A stretch of DNA of 64,000 nt from positions 133,208 through 197,207 of the forward strand of contig DASXEH010000036.1 in NCBI GenBank assembly GCA_036490215.1, written 5' to 3'. The DNA is from Magnetospirillaceae bacterium (GTDB lineage: Bacteria > Pseudomonadota > Alphaproteobacteria > Rhodospirillales > Magnetospirillaceae). The notes under the pieces are model-generated. The model did not search any database, was not told the DNA's origin, and saw only the letters and a list, made by a program, of their open reading frames with translations. Shown in pieces: positions 63,803 to 64,000 of this stretch. A program made the position numbers and the translations under genes. Positions within the stretch are counted from its first letter, which is position 1. Every line of letters begins with the position of its first letter.

Positions 63803-64000
63803 TCAACCCGATTGGGTGCGAAGCGCCCCCATGAGCGTCACATCGTGCCATTGGCCGTCGATGAACGCAGCTTGGCGTGCCAACCCTTCTTGTTCGAAGC
63901 CAGCGGATTTGAAACACGCAATCGCGCGCGGATTGTCGGCCAGTGTCGTCAGAGCGACGCGGTGCAGATTGAGATGCCGCCAGCCGAAATCGAGCGCCAG
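63803..64000 (-). CDS. GNAT-family N-acetyltransferase (C-terminal fragment; N-terminus beyond the window)
   Basis: The reverse complement reads ...LALDFGWRHLNLHRVALTTLADNPRAIACFKSAGFEQEGLARQAAFIDGQWHDVTLMGALRTQSG then stop. This is a typical RimJ/RimL-like GNAT C-terminus. Confidence 0.6.
   Translation of the reverse strand: MALDFGWRHLNLHRVALTTLADNPRAIACFKSAGFEQEGLARQAAFIDGQWHDVTLMGALRTQSG

Overview
By eye this is a high-GC alphaproteobacterial chromosomal segment, probably Hyphomicrobiales/Bradyrhizobiaceae-like. That placement rests on gene content, the valS-popZ-tolC-pcm synteny and the abundant 'CGTCATTGCGAGCG...GAAGCAATCC' palindromic intergenic repeats. About 60 protein genes are supported, almost all housekeeping or transport.

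Main gene content:
- Translation and RNA: valS (partial), prfB with its programmed +1 frameshift, an RluA-type pseudouridine synthase, rne followed by a DEAD-box helicase.
- Cell envelope and division: popZ-like, tolC, PBP1A, amiC, mepA, an ndvC-like GH17 glucan synthase, an ELM1-like protein.
- DNA: parE, a UDG-family glycosylase.
- Transport and metabolism: a Liv-type and a BMP/purine-nucleoside-type ABC transporter (the latter followed by two purine deaminases), pstSCAB, a PiT phosphate transporter, fumC, a ferredoxin/ferredoxin-reductase pair.

I saw no rRNA, tRNA, CRISPR array, transposase, integrase or phage genes.

The non-coding landscape is dominated by at least 9 copies of related palindromic REP/MITE-like elements.

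No obvious defence island or mobile island is present. The items most worth a second look are:
1. A consensus Pho box upstream of a hisE-like/MFS/stand-alone Swt1-like HEPN cluster, pointing the 'wrong' way.
2. An orphan FliD homologue with zero Arg.
3. A divergent short SAHH paralogue bracketed by repeats and convergent with a 6-oxopurine PNP.
4. A degenerate EAL-like protein.
5. A tandem pair of small 2-TM paralogues.
6. A translationally coupled ELM1-like/alpha-beta-hydrolase pair.

All functional calls come from my own motif and homology recognition. No searches were run.
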